Assembly: GCA_016183365.1 (NCBI GenBank) | Contig: JACPES010000003.1 | Coordinates: 473,154-537,153, forward strand | Source: Candidatus Collierbacteria bacterium | GTDB lineage: Bacteria; Patescibacteriota; Microgenomatia; UBA1400; JACPES01 | Reading direction: 5' to 3' | DNA length: 64,000 bases | Shown here: piece after piece, positions 45,723 to 55,380 of the stretch | How positions within the stretch are numbered: position 1 is the stretch's first letter | Layout of the letters: each line of letters opens with the position of its first letter | Translations under genes and position numbers: made by a program | Notes under the pieces: generated by a model | Databases searched by the model: none | What the model was told of the DNA's origin: nothing | The model's input: the letters and a program-made list of their open reading frames with translations, nothing else

Positions 45723-47441
45723 GTGCGGCAAGTAAAATATATTTTTATTTCCGGCGGAGTGCTTTCCGGGTTAGGAAAAGGAATTGCTTCAGCCTCCATC
45801 GGTTTTTTATTAAAATCCCGTGGGATAAAAGTTACTCCGGTTAAGTGCGAAAACTATCTGAATATTGACTCGGGACTGATTAATCCGATTGAGCACGGCG
45901 ACCCCTTTTTGTGCGAAGACGGAACGGAATCCGATATGGATTTAGGAACTTATGAAAGATTTTTAGACCAAAATATGGGTTGGGAAAATTTTGTGACCAT
46001 GGGTCAAATTTACCGTCAGGTGATTGAAGATGAACGGAACTATAAATATAAAGGCGAAGATGTCGAAGCCATTCCTCATGTGGTAAATGAAATAATCAGG
46101 CGGATTAAATTGGCCGGAGAAAAGACTAAAGCCGATATAGTCTTAGTGGAATTGGGCGGAACTACCGGTGAATATCAAAATGTTTTGTATTATGAAGCGG
46201 CCCGGGAAATGAAACTGGAGGATTTGCGTAATGACCATGGGCACAAGGTTATTCATATTCATGTTAGCTATTTGCCGATTCCTAAACATCTAGGCGAGCC
46301 AAAAACTAAGCCCACTCAATTGTCTATTAGGACTTTAATGGGGATGGGGATTCAGCCGGATTTTCTGATCGCCAGGTGCGAGAAAGAAATTGATGCCAGA
46401 AGAAAATATTTGTTGTCTTTAACTTGCAATTTGAGGGACGAAAATATAGTTTCCAGTCCTGACGTGTCTTCGGTTTATCAGGTACCCTTAGGTTTTAAAA
46501 AACAAAATTTAGATATCAGAATTCTTAAGGCTTTAAATCTTCAGACGGGTAAATCAAGCTTAAACGAATGGAATAAATTGGTTAATTCTATTTCTTCCCC
46601 TAAAAAACATCAGTTGAAAATCGCGATAGTTGGCAAATATTTCAAAACCGGCCGGGAATTTATGCTGGGCGATTCTTATGCCGCTTTGTTTGAGGCTTTA
46701 AAACACGCCGCCTGGGGGCAAGCGTTTGGTCTGAATCTAAAGTGGATCAGCGCGGAGGAAGTTGAAGAAAAAGACGCTAAAAAACTGTTATCAGGGGTAG
46801 ACGGCATAGTTGTTCCCATCGGATGGGGAAAACGGGGAGCGGAAGGAAAAATTTCAGCCGTTCATTATGCCCGGATTAACAAAGTACCGTTTTTAGGTTT
46901 ATGTTATGGGATGCAATTGGCTTGCGTAGAGTTTGCCCGTTATGAATTGGGGCTGAAGGATGCCAACACCTCGGAAAATGATCCGACCACTTCCAATCCG
47001 ATAATTCATGACATTCTCGAAAGAGCTGAACTTATGACCATAAAAAGCCGGGGGGTGGCGATGAGACTAGGAGGATGGGATTTTAAAGTTAAGCCAGGCA
47101 CAATTCTTGATCACATTTATTCCAAACATAATTTATACATTAATTCAAAAGACAGGGTCGGATCAGTCCGCCACCGTCATCGGTTTGAGTTTAACAACGA
47201 TTATATTCAAGATTTAGAAAAGAAAGGAATGGTGATTTCGGCTATGTCGGTAAAAGGGAATTTTGTGGACTGGGTCGAACTGCCTCAATCAATCCATCCT
47301 TTTTTTATCGGGACTCAAGGCCATCCGGAGTATTCTTCAAGGCCCTTAAAACCCCATCCGGTATTTCTGGAATTCCTCAAAGCCTGTTATAATAATCAAT
47401 TACCTTGTCATTCCCGCGAAACCGGGAAACTATTTATATAG
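45723..47441 (+). CDS. pyrG: CTP synthase
   Basis: KYIFISGGVLSGLGKGIASASIG synthetase N-terminus and GATase C domain (GLCYGMQL). 572 aa, with about a 25-aa C-terminal extension. Confidence 0.85.
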   Translation: MRQVKYIFISGGVLSGLGKGIASASIGFLLKSRGIKVTPVKCENYLNIDSGLINPIEHGDPFLCEDGTESDMDLGTYERFLDQNMGWENFVTMGQIYRQVIEDERNYKYKGEDVEAIPHVVNEIIRRIKLAGEKTKADIVLVELGGTTGEYQNVLYYEAAREMKLEDLRNDHGHKVIHIHVSYLPIPKHLGEPKTKPTQLSIRTLMGMGIQPDFLIARCEKEIDARRKYLLSLTCNLRDENIVSSPDVSSVYQVPLGFKKQNLDIRILKALNLQTGKSSLNEWNKLVNSISSPKKHQLKIAIVGKYFKTGREFMLGDSYAALFEALKHAAWGQAFGLNLKWISAEEVEEKDAKKLLSGVDGIVVPIGWGKRGAEGKISAVHYARINKVPFLGLCYGMQLACVEFARYELGLKDANTSENDPTTSNPIIHDILERAELMTIKSRGVAMRLGGWDFKVKPGTILDHIYSKHNLYINSKDRVGSVRHRHRFEFNNDYIQDLEKKGMVISAMSVKGNFVDWVELPQSIHPFFIGTQGHPEYSSRPLKPHPVFLEFLKACYNNQLPCHSRETGKLFI

Positions 47442-47516
47442 ATTACGGATTCCTCAATAGTCGGGCAGGCAAGTCCGAAATGACAGAAAAAACGACTTAT
47501 GGAATAGTTTCATTAT

Positions 47517-47969
47517 ATGTCTTTACAGACTATTGTTTGCAATACTACTGTTAATATAGGAGATAGCGTCATCATCGGACAAAGAATCCGTGAAGGCGAG
47601 AAGGATAGAATTCAAAATTTTTCCGGAGTAGTTATCGCTATAAAAGGAGAAAAAAGTGAAAGGACCTTTACGATTCGGCGAATTGCGGCCGCAGCCATCG
47701 GGGTGGAAAAAATCTTTCCGGTAGATATGCCCGGTTTGGTTTCGGTTAAAATTGTGAAACAAGCCGCGGTCAGAAGAAGCAAGTTGTATTTTTTAAGAGA
47801 AAGAATCGGTAAAGCGGCGTTGCAATTACCTGAAAAGAAAACGAAGCCCCGTACCTCGCATGGTGCGCTGGTAAAGACCGTAAAAGCCAATGAAAACAAA
47901 CAAAAACGAGCTAAAAATTTTGGGAAGCCTGGGGGAAGAGGACGCCAGAAAATATCTTCAAAAAAATAA
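47517..47969 (+). CDS. rplS: 50S ribosomal protein L19 with lysine-rich C-terminal extension
   Basis: GDSVIIGQRIREGEKDRIQNFSGVVIAIKG...RRSKLYFLR. Confidence 0.8.
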   Translation: MSLQTIVCNTTVNIGDSVIIGQRIREGEKDRIQNFSGVVIAIKGEKSERTFTIRRIAAAAIGVEKIFPVDMPGLVSVKIVKQAAVRRSKLYFLRERIGKAALQLPEKKTKPRTSHGALVKTVKANENKQKRAKNFGKPGGRGRQKISSKK

Positions 47970-48282
47970 AGGATTTAAGTTTATAGCTCGCAATTTTCGG
48001 ACTCAATGGGGAGAATTGGATTTGATTATGGAAGAAGGTAAGACTGTGGTGTTTGTGGAGGTTAAGGCCAGAGTAACTCCGTCCCTGGGTTCTCCTTTGG
48101 AATATATTGATCCTACTAAAATCCGCCATTTAAAAAAGGCTATTGATTTTTACTTAAGTCGTAAAGAGTGGGAAGACAGATCGTGTAGATTGGATGCGGT
48201 GGGACTGGTGTACGAGATTGGAACGGATGAAGGATACCTGCTTAAAGATATCGAATATGTTCAGGATTTGACCGGGTGGTAA
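47890..48282 (+). CDS. yraN: YraN family (UPF0102) endonuclease-like protein
   Basis: GELDLIMEEGKTVVFVEVKAR PD-(D/E)xK core. Overlaps the rplS 3' end, so the true start may be internal. Confidence 0.65.
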   Translation: MKTNKNELKILGSLGEEDARKYLQKNKGFKFIARNFRTQWGELDLIMEEGKTVVFVEVKARVTPSLGSPLEYIDPTKIRHLKKAIDFYLSRKEWEDRSCRLDAVGLVYEIGTDEGYLLKDIEYVQDLTGW

Positions 48283-48303
48283 AAGAAAGTGCAAAGTTCA
48301 AAG

Positions 48304-48837
48304 CTAAAGTATTGATATATTATCTCCAACTTCAATGCTCCAGGACTCGGCGTCGCCGGCTTTAAGTTCTAAAACATAGTCAACCGGACGGGGAGACGGA
48401 TAATTGATTAATTGATTGTCGGAAATTCCCGCCACCGGCGGGGGAACATTTTTTTCGATTCCGGTAATTTTTCCATTTGAAATCCAGACAATATCCAGAG
48501 GTATCAGCATATCTTTCATCCAAAAAGAGATTTGACGGGAAGGGTTAATGATGAATAACATACCGTCGGATCCGATTTCGCTCCGGCCGGAAAGTCCGAG
48601 TTGGATTTCATCAGGGATGGAAACTGTTTCCACCGAAAGCTCGTTTTCACCGATTTTTATAGAGTTAAATTTAGGGTTAGAGATAGTTTGAGCCGGAGTT
48701 TGAGCCGGGGATAAAGAAGGTGTAACGGCTAAAAATGGGGATGGAGAAATGGTGGGTTTTACCAAGAAAATCCTAGAGCTGAAAAGCAATCCGATTATGG
48801 CGGCCAATGAAAATAGAAGGAAACGGGTTTTTTTCAT
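48304..48837 (-). CDS. DUF192-domain secreted protein
   Basis: Signal peptide, then ISFWMKDMLIPLDIVWISNGKITGIE matching the DUF192/COG1430 core. Confidence 0.6.
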   Translation of the reverse strand: MKKTRFLLFSLAAIIGLLFSSRIFLVKPTISPSPFLAVTPSLSPAQTPAQTISNPKFNSIKIGENELSVETVSIPDEIQLGLSGRSEIGSDGMLFIINPSRQISFWMKDMLIPLDIVWISNGKITGIEKNVPPPVAGISDNQLINYPSPRPVDYVLELKAGDAESWSIEVGDNISIL

Positions 48838-49029
48838 ATATGCTTAACACCCGCGACTGTTTTCAGTCGCCTTCGACGACTGCTTGAAGTATAATAAATT
48901 TATGAATGGATATCTAGCAATAATCAGAGCTGCAATTTTTGAGGTATGGCTGTTTCTGTCCTAAAAGCTGCTTTGTCAACTTTAAGGCCGGGTCTTTTGG
49001 AATGATTAGAAAGGATTGAGTAAATACTT

Positions 49030-52000
49030 ATGACTCATCGATCTCAAATTAAAGTTCTCTCGTTTGCTATCGTAATATTAATTACTCTAACCACGGTGAC
49101 TTTCACCTTTGCCTTTCCAGACCAGCAATCATCAGTGCGCGGCCAAGCCGGCGACCTATGGGCGGATGTGGTTTTAGGAAAAATTGATTTCAATCAATCC
49201 GGTCCGAATCAGGTTGTCCCTTTTAAGGTCTTTAATCCCGGAGGTGTTATCGTTGACCGCACTATTCGGCCCAACCGTGTGTATGTCTGGGATGGCGGCA
49301 ACAGTAGGATTTTGGGGTACTCATCGCTTGGCGTGTGTGCTAATGACGCAGCCATTGCATGTACGGCACACTCGGATTGTGCTGGATCATCGTGCGTATT
49401 TACCCCGAACAAACCAGCAGATCTGGTTTTAGGCCAGCCGTCTGGTTATGATTATTCGGCGTGCAACAATGACAGTAATATGGAAAATTACCCAAACCGC
49501 AAGCCCGCTTCAGCAAGCACGTTGTGTTCGTTGCCACCATGGGCAAATAGTCCACTTGAAGCAGGTTCATTTGTCAGCATGGACATTGACGCAGAATCAA
49601 ATCTCTATGTACCGGATTATTACAACAATCGTGTTTTGAAATTCAATAATCCATTTGCGACAGATACAGTGGCCGATGAAGTGTGGGGACAGGATAATTT
49701 TACCGGACATAAGTGTAACAAAACGAGTGATGATTTTCACTACGGGTTTAAAGCAAATCCAACGGAAAGTTCACTCTGTCTAGGATGGAGTACGTTTGTG
49801 GGAGGCGTTGATATCGATGCCAACGGTCATATGTGGGTAGCTGATGCAGGCAATAACCGAATCGTTCGATTTCCTAAACAAGAAGACGGAACGATTGCGA
49901 AATCAGCCGATGTGGTATTTGGTCAACCAGATTTTCACACAAATCTATCTGGATTCGGGCCCAACCAAATGAACCAACCAGCGGCGGTGCGCGTCGATCC
50001 TAATACCGGCTGGGTGTATGTGGCTGATTATTATTTGGATTCTGACCCTAACTTCTCGGACAGAAACAGTCGTGTGCTCGTATTTAAACCACCATTTACC
50101 AATGGTATGAATTACTCCGCGCTGTTTGGTTCACAATTCAAGAGACCAGCCAGTATTGAGTTTGATCCAGGAGGCGAGGGCGTATGGATATCAGATTCAA
50201 GTAACTACATGGTGGAGCTCTGGGATTATGAAGGAACGACTGTCAAAAAAGTCTTGTTCAAAGATACCTATCAGCCAAATGGTCAGTGCGGTCTTTCATC
50301 AAGCGTCAGTTGCAGTAATCTAAAACCAGACGGCAGTTGTAATTACAATATGTGCGATGTGAGAGGATCATTGGGGATAGATAGTGATAACAATCTCTTT
50401 ATTACGTCTTCAATATTCAATCAGGATACATGGAGGTTTGAGGCTCCTATTCCGACCCCAGTTGCAGGAAAAGTATACGGCAATTCCTACCAATTACATT
50501 ATCCACCGGACGGGCGCAATTACCAAAGCGCAAATGGTCCTTTTTCGCCACGGGGTATAGTGATAAAAAATAATCAATTAATTCTTTCCGATGGATACAA
50601 GATCGTATTTTGGAATGATCTTACCAGCTTAACCAATGGTAAACCGGCGGATGGCTTTATCGGCGTCTCTTCATTCCAAGATCGCGACCCGTGGGCAATT
50701 CAGAGGATAGCAGCTGATGATCAAGGACACTTACTGGTTGCGCGCAAAGCTACCATTGATCTCTATCAACTTCCACTAACGAGCGGCAAGCAACCTGTAC
50801 ATAATGGCATAATTAGCTATGAAACTCCCCTACCTGTATTTGGCGGCGGAACTATAAGCTGGGGATTTGATGATTATTTTTCCGGACATGACATTGATCC
50901 AACCGGTATGTACCTGTGGCTTGCCCAACCTGGGAAAAATAGGGTCATTCGGGTGCGTAATCCCTTCACCAGTCCCGTAGTTGATGCGATCCTTGGCCAA
51001 ACCGACACGGAGGGAAGTTACTGCAACAGAATCCAAATTAACGATACCGGTGATGTTCCGCAGGGGCAGACCCCAAATACTATCTGTATGGCCGGAGCAG
51101 TCAAGCTTGATCGGGAGGGTAACGTGTGGGTATCAGACAGCAGCCTCGAGCTTGACGGTAACAAGCGAATACTTAAATTTAATGCGAACCGGTTTATGAA
51201 TCTCTCCACAGCAGTCTACGCGCCAAATGCAGATCTTGTTTCACCGCGTGTCGCTGCCTGGGAAATGGCATTTGATACTTTTAACCGAATGGCTGTAGGT
51301 TATTCCGGTATCGTTGAGGAAAACCCTTTTCCTGGACTTTATGTCAACCCAACTGAATCGCTTTCCACCACCAAAGAACCTGACGTCCGCCTCAAGGATT
51401 TCTTTTCTCACGGATATTCTTCAGCTTTTGACGACAATAACAATCTTTATATCGCCGATTTGAACCGTGGTCGGATACTTATGTATCTTGATCCTTTAAG
51501 GGATTATCCTACACCACCTCCCTCTCCCGTGACTGTAACTTTGACTGCGATTGAGGATACATTTATTACCAGTTCTTCACCAACAACTACTAAAGGCAAT
51601 GAAAAATACCTGAGGATCAACTCAAGTTCTGACAGACGCGCTTTGGTGCGGTTTGATGCTTCAGCGATTCCTACCGGTGCAACCATTCTATCTGCAACTT
51701 TCAAGCTTTACAATAAAGAGGGGTCTGCGGTCGCCGGAGCAGTCTACCGCGTCAATGGCTCGTGGAGCGAATCAACTACGTACTACAATAATGCGCCTGC
51801 CATTGGCACAAAGATCGCCGATTTCCCCAATCCGGTAACTGTTAACACTTGGAAAGAGGCAGAGGTGGCCAGCGCCGTGGATCCGGGAGGTAATGTTGAT
51901 TTTTACTTAGCGACCTCAATCACAGACGGGGCTGATTACCGATCTTCGGAAGGTGGGACGGAAAAGCCGACTCTGGCAATTGTTTACCTGAGTGATTTGT

Positions 52001-52506
52001 CTCCTTCGTCATCACCAACGTCAGGTATTTTACCAATAACTACCACACTTAACCCAGTAGCTGATACGTTTGTACGAAGTGATTCACCCAATAAGACATC
52101 GGGTGGTACTGCATCAAAACTTACCGTTGACGGATCACCGATAAAAGTGTCCTACCTTAAGTTTGATCTTTCATCGCTAGCAGGAAAAACCATTACCGAT
52201 GTCAAGCTTAAATTCCGGGTCAGCGGGTCATCGGCTCATACCCAAACAATAAAATTCGTATCCGATACTTCCTGGGGCGAAAAAACGATGACCTACAACA
52301 ATCGGCCGTCTTTATCTACGCTTCTTAATTCATTGACGAACGGAAAATCTAATATCTGGTATGAATTGCCGATTACATCACCTGAAGTGATTTCTCAAGC
52401 TGGTTTACTTTTATCTTTGGGTATTGATTCATCGGAAAACGACGATTTAGAGATTAATTCCCGCGAGTCTTCCTACCACCCGGAGTTGATAGTCACGTAC
52501 CACTAA
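49030..52506 (+). CDS. large secreted protein: Cys-rich N-region, NHL-type beta-propeller repeats, two C-terminal DNRLRE/CBM96-like beta-sandwich domains
   Basis: Signal peptide. Recurring NNR[VI]xxF/GxNRVxxV blades (NNRVLKF, NNRIVRF, NSRVLVF, KNRVIRV, NKRILKF, RGRILMY). C-terminal tandem DTF[IV].S..P....G....L...S....R.L.[RK]FD.S repeats. Confidence 0.5.
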   Translation: MTHRSQIKVLSFAIVILITLTTVTFTFAFPDQQSSVRGQAGDLWADVVLGKIDFNQSGPNQVVPFKVFNPGGVIVDRTIRPNRVYVWDGGNSRILGYSSLGVCANDAAIACTAHSDCAGSSCVFTPNKPADLVLGQPSGYDYSACNNDSNMENYPNRKPASASTLCSLPPWANSPLEAGSFVSMDIDAESNLYVPDYYNNRVLKFNNPFATDTVADEVWGQDNFTGHKCNKTSDDFHYGFKANPTESSLCLGWSTFVGGVDIDANGHMWVADAGNNRIVRFPKQEDGTIAKSADVVFGQPDFHTNLSGFGPNQMNQPAAVRVDPNTGWVYVADYYLDSDPNFSDRNSRVLVFKPPFTNGMNYSALFGSQFKRPASIEFDPGGEGVWISDSSNYMVELWDYEGTTVKKVLFKDTYQPNGQCGLSSSVSCSNLKPDGSCNYNMCDVRGSLGIDSDNNLFITSSIFNQDTWRFEAPIPTPVAGKVYGNSYQLHYPPDGRNYQSANGPFSPRGIVIKNNQLILSDGYKIVFWNDLTSLTNGKPADGFIGVSSFQDRDPWAIQRIAADDQGHLLVARKATIDLYQLPLTSGKQPVHNGIISYETPLPVFGGGTISWGFDDYFSGHDIDPTGMYLWLAQPGKNRVIRVRNPFTSPVVDAILGQTDTEGSYCNRIQINDTGDVPQGQTPNTICMAGAVKLDREGNVWVSDSSLELDGNKRILKFNANRFMNLSTAVYAPNADLVSPRVAAWEMAFDTFNRMAVGYSGIVEENPFPGLYVNPTESLSTTKEPDVRLKDFFSHGYSSAFDDNNNLYIADLNRGRILMYLDPLRDYPTPPPSPVTVTLTAIEDTFITSSSPTTTKGNEKYLRINSSSDRRALVRFDASAIPTGATILSATFKLYNKEGSAVAGAVYRVNGSWSESTTYYNNAPAIGTKIADFPNPVTVNTWKEAEVASAVDPGGNVDFYLATSITDGADYRSSEGGTEKPTLAIVYLSDLSPSSSPTSGILPITTTLNPVADTFVRSDSPNKTSGGTASKLTVDGSPIKVSYLKFDLSSLAGKTITDVKLKFRVSGSSAHTQTIKFVSDTSWGEKTMTYNNRPSLSTLLNSLTNGKSNIWYELPITSPEVISQAGLLLSLGIDSSENDDLEINSRESSYHPELIVTYH

Positions 52507-52817
52507 TTTGCAAGTCATTCTGAAAAGTTAATAATTATAATATCTTTGAAACTTTAATTTTATATATTTTCTTTATAGTATAGTTATAGATTGTCTATGG
52601 GTAAGAAGATATCCAGGCAAAGTCGTAAAAATGAAGAAGGTTAAATGATTCAAATCAATTAACCTTGGCGCATAGTTATTTAGCTTGCGAGTTTCGTGCG
52701 TCTGTGATTTTGGGTATTACGCTTCAATTATTTGCTATGATGTTTATATGGTCAAGGCTTTGCAATGGTTGGGTTTTATGCTTTTAATTCCCCTTTGATA
52801 CCCTGGATGTTTCGGAG

Positions 52818-53009
52818 TTGCAATCAGGAAATATATTCGAAGAATGGACTCAGAAGGGCGAAAAATCTTATCATTTTCCTGGCTGTATCCAATACAATAC
52901 TACTAGGATTGAAAAATATCGGAGAGAACAATGGTTTTGCACTGAGGCCGAAGCCAAAAATGCCGGGTACGTCAAATCCGATGGTTGCTTCGACAAATCG
53001 TTTAAATAA
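52818..53009 (+). CDS. small Ada-like Zn-binding domain protein
   Basis: YHFPGC......FCTEAEAKNAGYVKSDGC resembles the Ada N-terminal metal-binding motif (YHRPGC...F.S.EEA.AAGYRPC..C). Short and uncertain. Confidence 0.3.
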   Translation: MQSGNIFEEWTQKGEKSYHFPGCIQYNTTRIEKYRREQWFCTEAEAKNAGYVKSDGCFDKSFK

Positions 53010-53081
53010 CTCTCACTATTTTATCACTTCAAACTAGAGAAAAAAGATTTTTGGCGATAAACTTGGTAAAATATACTGTCT

Positions 53082-53154
53082 GGGTCCATAGCTCAGGGGT
53101 AGAGCAGCGACCTTTTAAGTCGCGTGCCGTGGGTTCGATTCCCACTGGACCCAC
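53082..53154 (+). tRNA. tRNA-Lys (anticodon UUU)
   Basis: GGGTCCA/TGGACCC acceptor, anticodon stem GCGAC/GTCGC, loop CTTTTAA, T-loop TTCGATT. Confidence 0.85.
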
Positions 53155-53160
53155 CTAAAA

Positions 53161-53232
53161 GGCTCCATCGTCTACCGGTTAGGACATCAGGTTTTCATCC
53201 TGAAAATCGGGGTTCGATTCCCCGTGGAGTCA
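53161..53232 (+). tRNA. tRNA-Glu (anticodon UUC)
   Basis: GGCTCCA/TGGAGTC acceptor, anticodon stem TCAGG/CCTGA, loop TTTTCAT, T-loop TTCGATT. Confidence 0.75.
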
Positions 53233-53567
53233 CAAAAAAAGAAATCGAAGATTCGCAAGGTGGAGCGCTCGCAACGCCCCCGCTCGTTGCGAGCTAACAA
53301 AGTGAGGTTCGAATTTTTCGAAAAACGGTCACCACTATCACAACTGATGTGCTCGAGCGTACGACTTTTGATAGAAACAGAATTACTTGCTGTCAAAGGC
53401 CTATACGCCAGCCTGTTTAAAATCCAATCCGGCGACGTCGATAAGCTCAAAGACTGGGATTTGGTGGGGTAAACTACTCCACCACCAGCGTCCCCTTCAT
53501 ATAAGGATGCGGGGTGCAGTGAAACCCATAGCTCCCCGATTTAGTTGGGGCGGCGATTTTTTTTCAT

Positions 53568-54272
53568 TTAATTCACCCCCTCATCGCCAATTAATTCTAT
53601 AGTTTTTATCAAAACCGGATCAACCGGCCCAGATCCTTCGTCTCCGGAGATGGTCGCAGCTTCCGCGATTTTATCAACAGTGTCCATTCCCTCCACGACT
53701 TTTCCAAAAATTACATAATTTTTGGGCAAAGGATAATCCTGGTGCATGATAAAAAACTGGCTGCCGTTGGTGTTTGGTCCGGCATTGGCCATAGCCACGG
53801 TGCCGCGGGTATATTCCCCTTCAAACGGTTCATCCGCAAAATTGTATCCGGGACCGCCCGAACCATTTCCTTTAGGATCCCCGCCCTGAATCATAAAACC
53901 TTTAATTACCCGGTGAAAAATAGTGCCGTTATAAAAATTACTTTGAGACAATTTAATAAAATTGGCAATAGTAACAGGGGTACTACCAAAATTGAATTTA
54001 ATAGTAATATCGCCGGCAGAAGTATGCAGAATTGCCATAGATTGTTTAGCGGCAGGAATTGTCGGAACAATTATTGTCGGGGTCGGACTTAATGTTGATT
54101 CAGCGTTCGGGATAGCCGACTGATTGGAAGTTGAATCTAGGATATTTGGAGAGGTCAGTTTGTCTGTTGGCTTGTTTGACATAAGGTTATTATTCTTATC
54201 AAATTTCAAAAATACTAAACTGACTGTAACTGCTAAGCCTACTAAAATCAAGACCAAAGAAGTTTTATTCAT
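53568..54272 (-). CDS. ppiB: cyclophilin-type peptidyl-prolyl cis-trans isomerase, membrane-anchored/secreted
   Basis: FHRVIKGFMIQGGDP...GGPGY...FADE cyclophilin core. N-terminal TM plus low-complexity linker. Confidence 0.85.
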   Translation of the reverse strand: MNKTSLVLILVGLAVTVSLVFLKFDKNNNLMSNKPTDKLTSPNILDSTSNQSAIPNAESTLSPTPTIIVPTIPAAKQSMAILHTSAGDITIKFNFGSTPVTIANFIKLSQSNFYNGTIFHRVIKGFMIQGGDPKGNGSGGPGYNFADEPFEGEYTRGTVAMANAGPNTNGSQFFIMHQDYPLPKNYVIFGKVVEGMDTVDKIAEAATISGDEGSGPVDPVLIKTIELIGDEGVN

Positions 54273-54876
54273 GGTTTTTGGGGTCCCGTCTGTCTTTTAC
54301 AAAATGGATTATGGCCGGTAAAACAGAGGCTAAAATTATAACACCGATGATTGGTAACAAGTATTTATCCGCGTTGGGAATGACAGACCCCAGAAAGTAT
54401 CCCAGCAGTGTCAAACCAAAAGACCACAATAATCCTCCGATGACATTGTAGGTTATAAACGAACCGTAATGCATATCGGCCATTCCGGCCACAATCGGAG
54501 CAAAAGTCCTGATGGCCGGCATAAACCGGGCCAATATTAATGTTTTGCCGCCGTGGCGGTCATAAAAACGTTTGGCCGCTTCCAAATGACTTTTTTGGAA
54601 GAAAAATGACTCTTTTTGTTTAACTAGCCAGCTTCCGAATTTCCTTCCGGTCCAAAACCCAATACTATCTCCGCCAATCGCACCTAATGTTATTAGGGGT
54701 AAAAGAATCCAAATATTAAAAATCTTTTGTGAGGCTAAAAATCCGGCGGTGAACAGGAGGCTGTCTCCGGGTAAGAAAAAACCGAAAAATAAGCCTGATT
54801 CGGCAAAAGCCATTCCGAAAATTCCCAAATAGCCGATGGAGGTAATTAAGGATTGAAGATCGTAGCCGAAGAGCAT
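54265..54876 (-). CDS. DedA/VTT-family membrane protein
   Basis: FLPGDSLLFTAGFLAS motif of DedA proteins. Confidence 0.75.
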   Translation of the reverse strand: MLFGYDLQSLITSIGYLGIFGMAFAESGLFFGFFLPGDSLLFTAGFLASQKIFNIWILLPLITLGAIGGDSIGFWTGRKFGSWLVKQKESFFFQKSHLEAAKRFYDRHGGKTLILARFMPAIRTFAPIVAGMADMHYGSFITYNVIGGLLWSFGLTLLGYFLGSVIPNADKYLLPIIGVIILASVLPAIIHFVKDRRDPKNHE

Positions 54877-54970
54877 AACGGATATGGTAACATATTTCTA
54901 TCATCTATTTTCTCATGGTTGCCGGGGTTGCCGTTCCGACGCATTTTGTGTATAATAAAAACTTGTAATT

Positions 54971-55357
54971 ATGCCAAGCAACCCTAAAACCTTGGTGGCG
55001 ACGACTTCAGATCCTCGCTACCAGGAACTTTTTTTTGATTGGCTTTCAGCGCGCAAACTATCCGCTAACCATGTGCGGATAGCGGTAGCCGGGTGCGTTA
55101 AAGACCGGGAAGCCATTATGAAAAGCATCCGTCAAGCCAAAAAAAGTTACGGTATTCAAAAAGTGGTATTAATCAATGCCTTGGGTGACAAAGCTTATTC
55201 CGAACGTAAATTTGCTAATCTAGACTTGGAAAAAGAAGCTCACCGCAATGACCTTAAAAATACTGCTGCGGCCATCAAAGCCGAATCCCCCGAGATGCAA
55301 GTCGAGCTTTTCTTAATTGACGGTAAACATAAATTTGAACAAATCCCTCCTCAATAA
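54971..55357 (+). CDS. hypothetical soluble protein immediately upstream of the atp operon
   Basis: 128-aa ORF with no motif I can assign. Good coding periodicity. Confidence 0.4.
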   Translation: MPSNPKTLVATTSDPRYQELFFDWLSARKLSANHVRIAVAGCVKDREAIMKSIRQAKKSYGIQKVVLINALGDKAYSERKFANLDLEKEAHRNDLKNTAAAIKAESPEMQVELFLIDGKHKFEQIPPQ

Positions 55358-55380
55358 CAGGAGGGATTTTTATTTAACAC

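Noticed and set aside
53187-53472. ORFs 53187-53450 (-) and 53224-53472 (+) after the tRNA pair
   Set aside because: They overlap tRNA-Glu or each other. They have odd composition and no motif. The region reads better as structured non-coding RNA or spacer.
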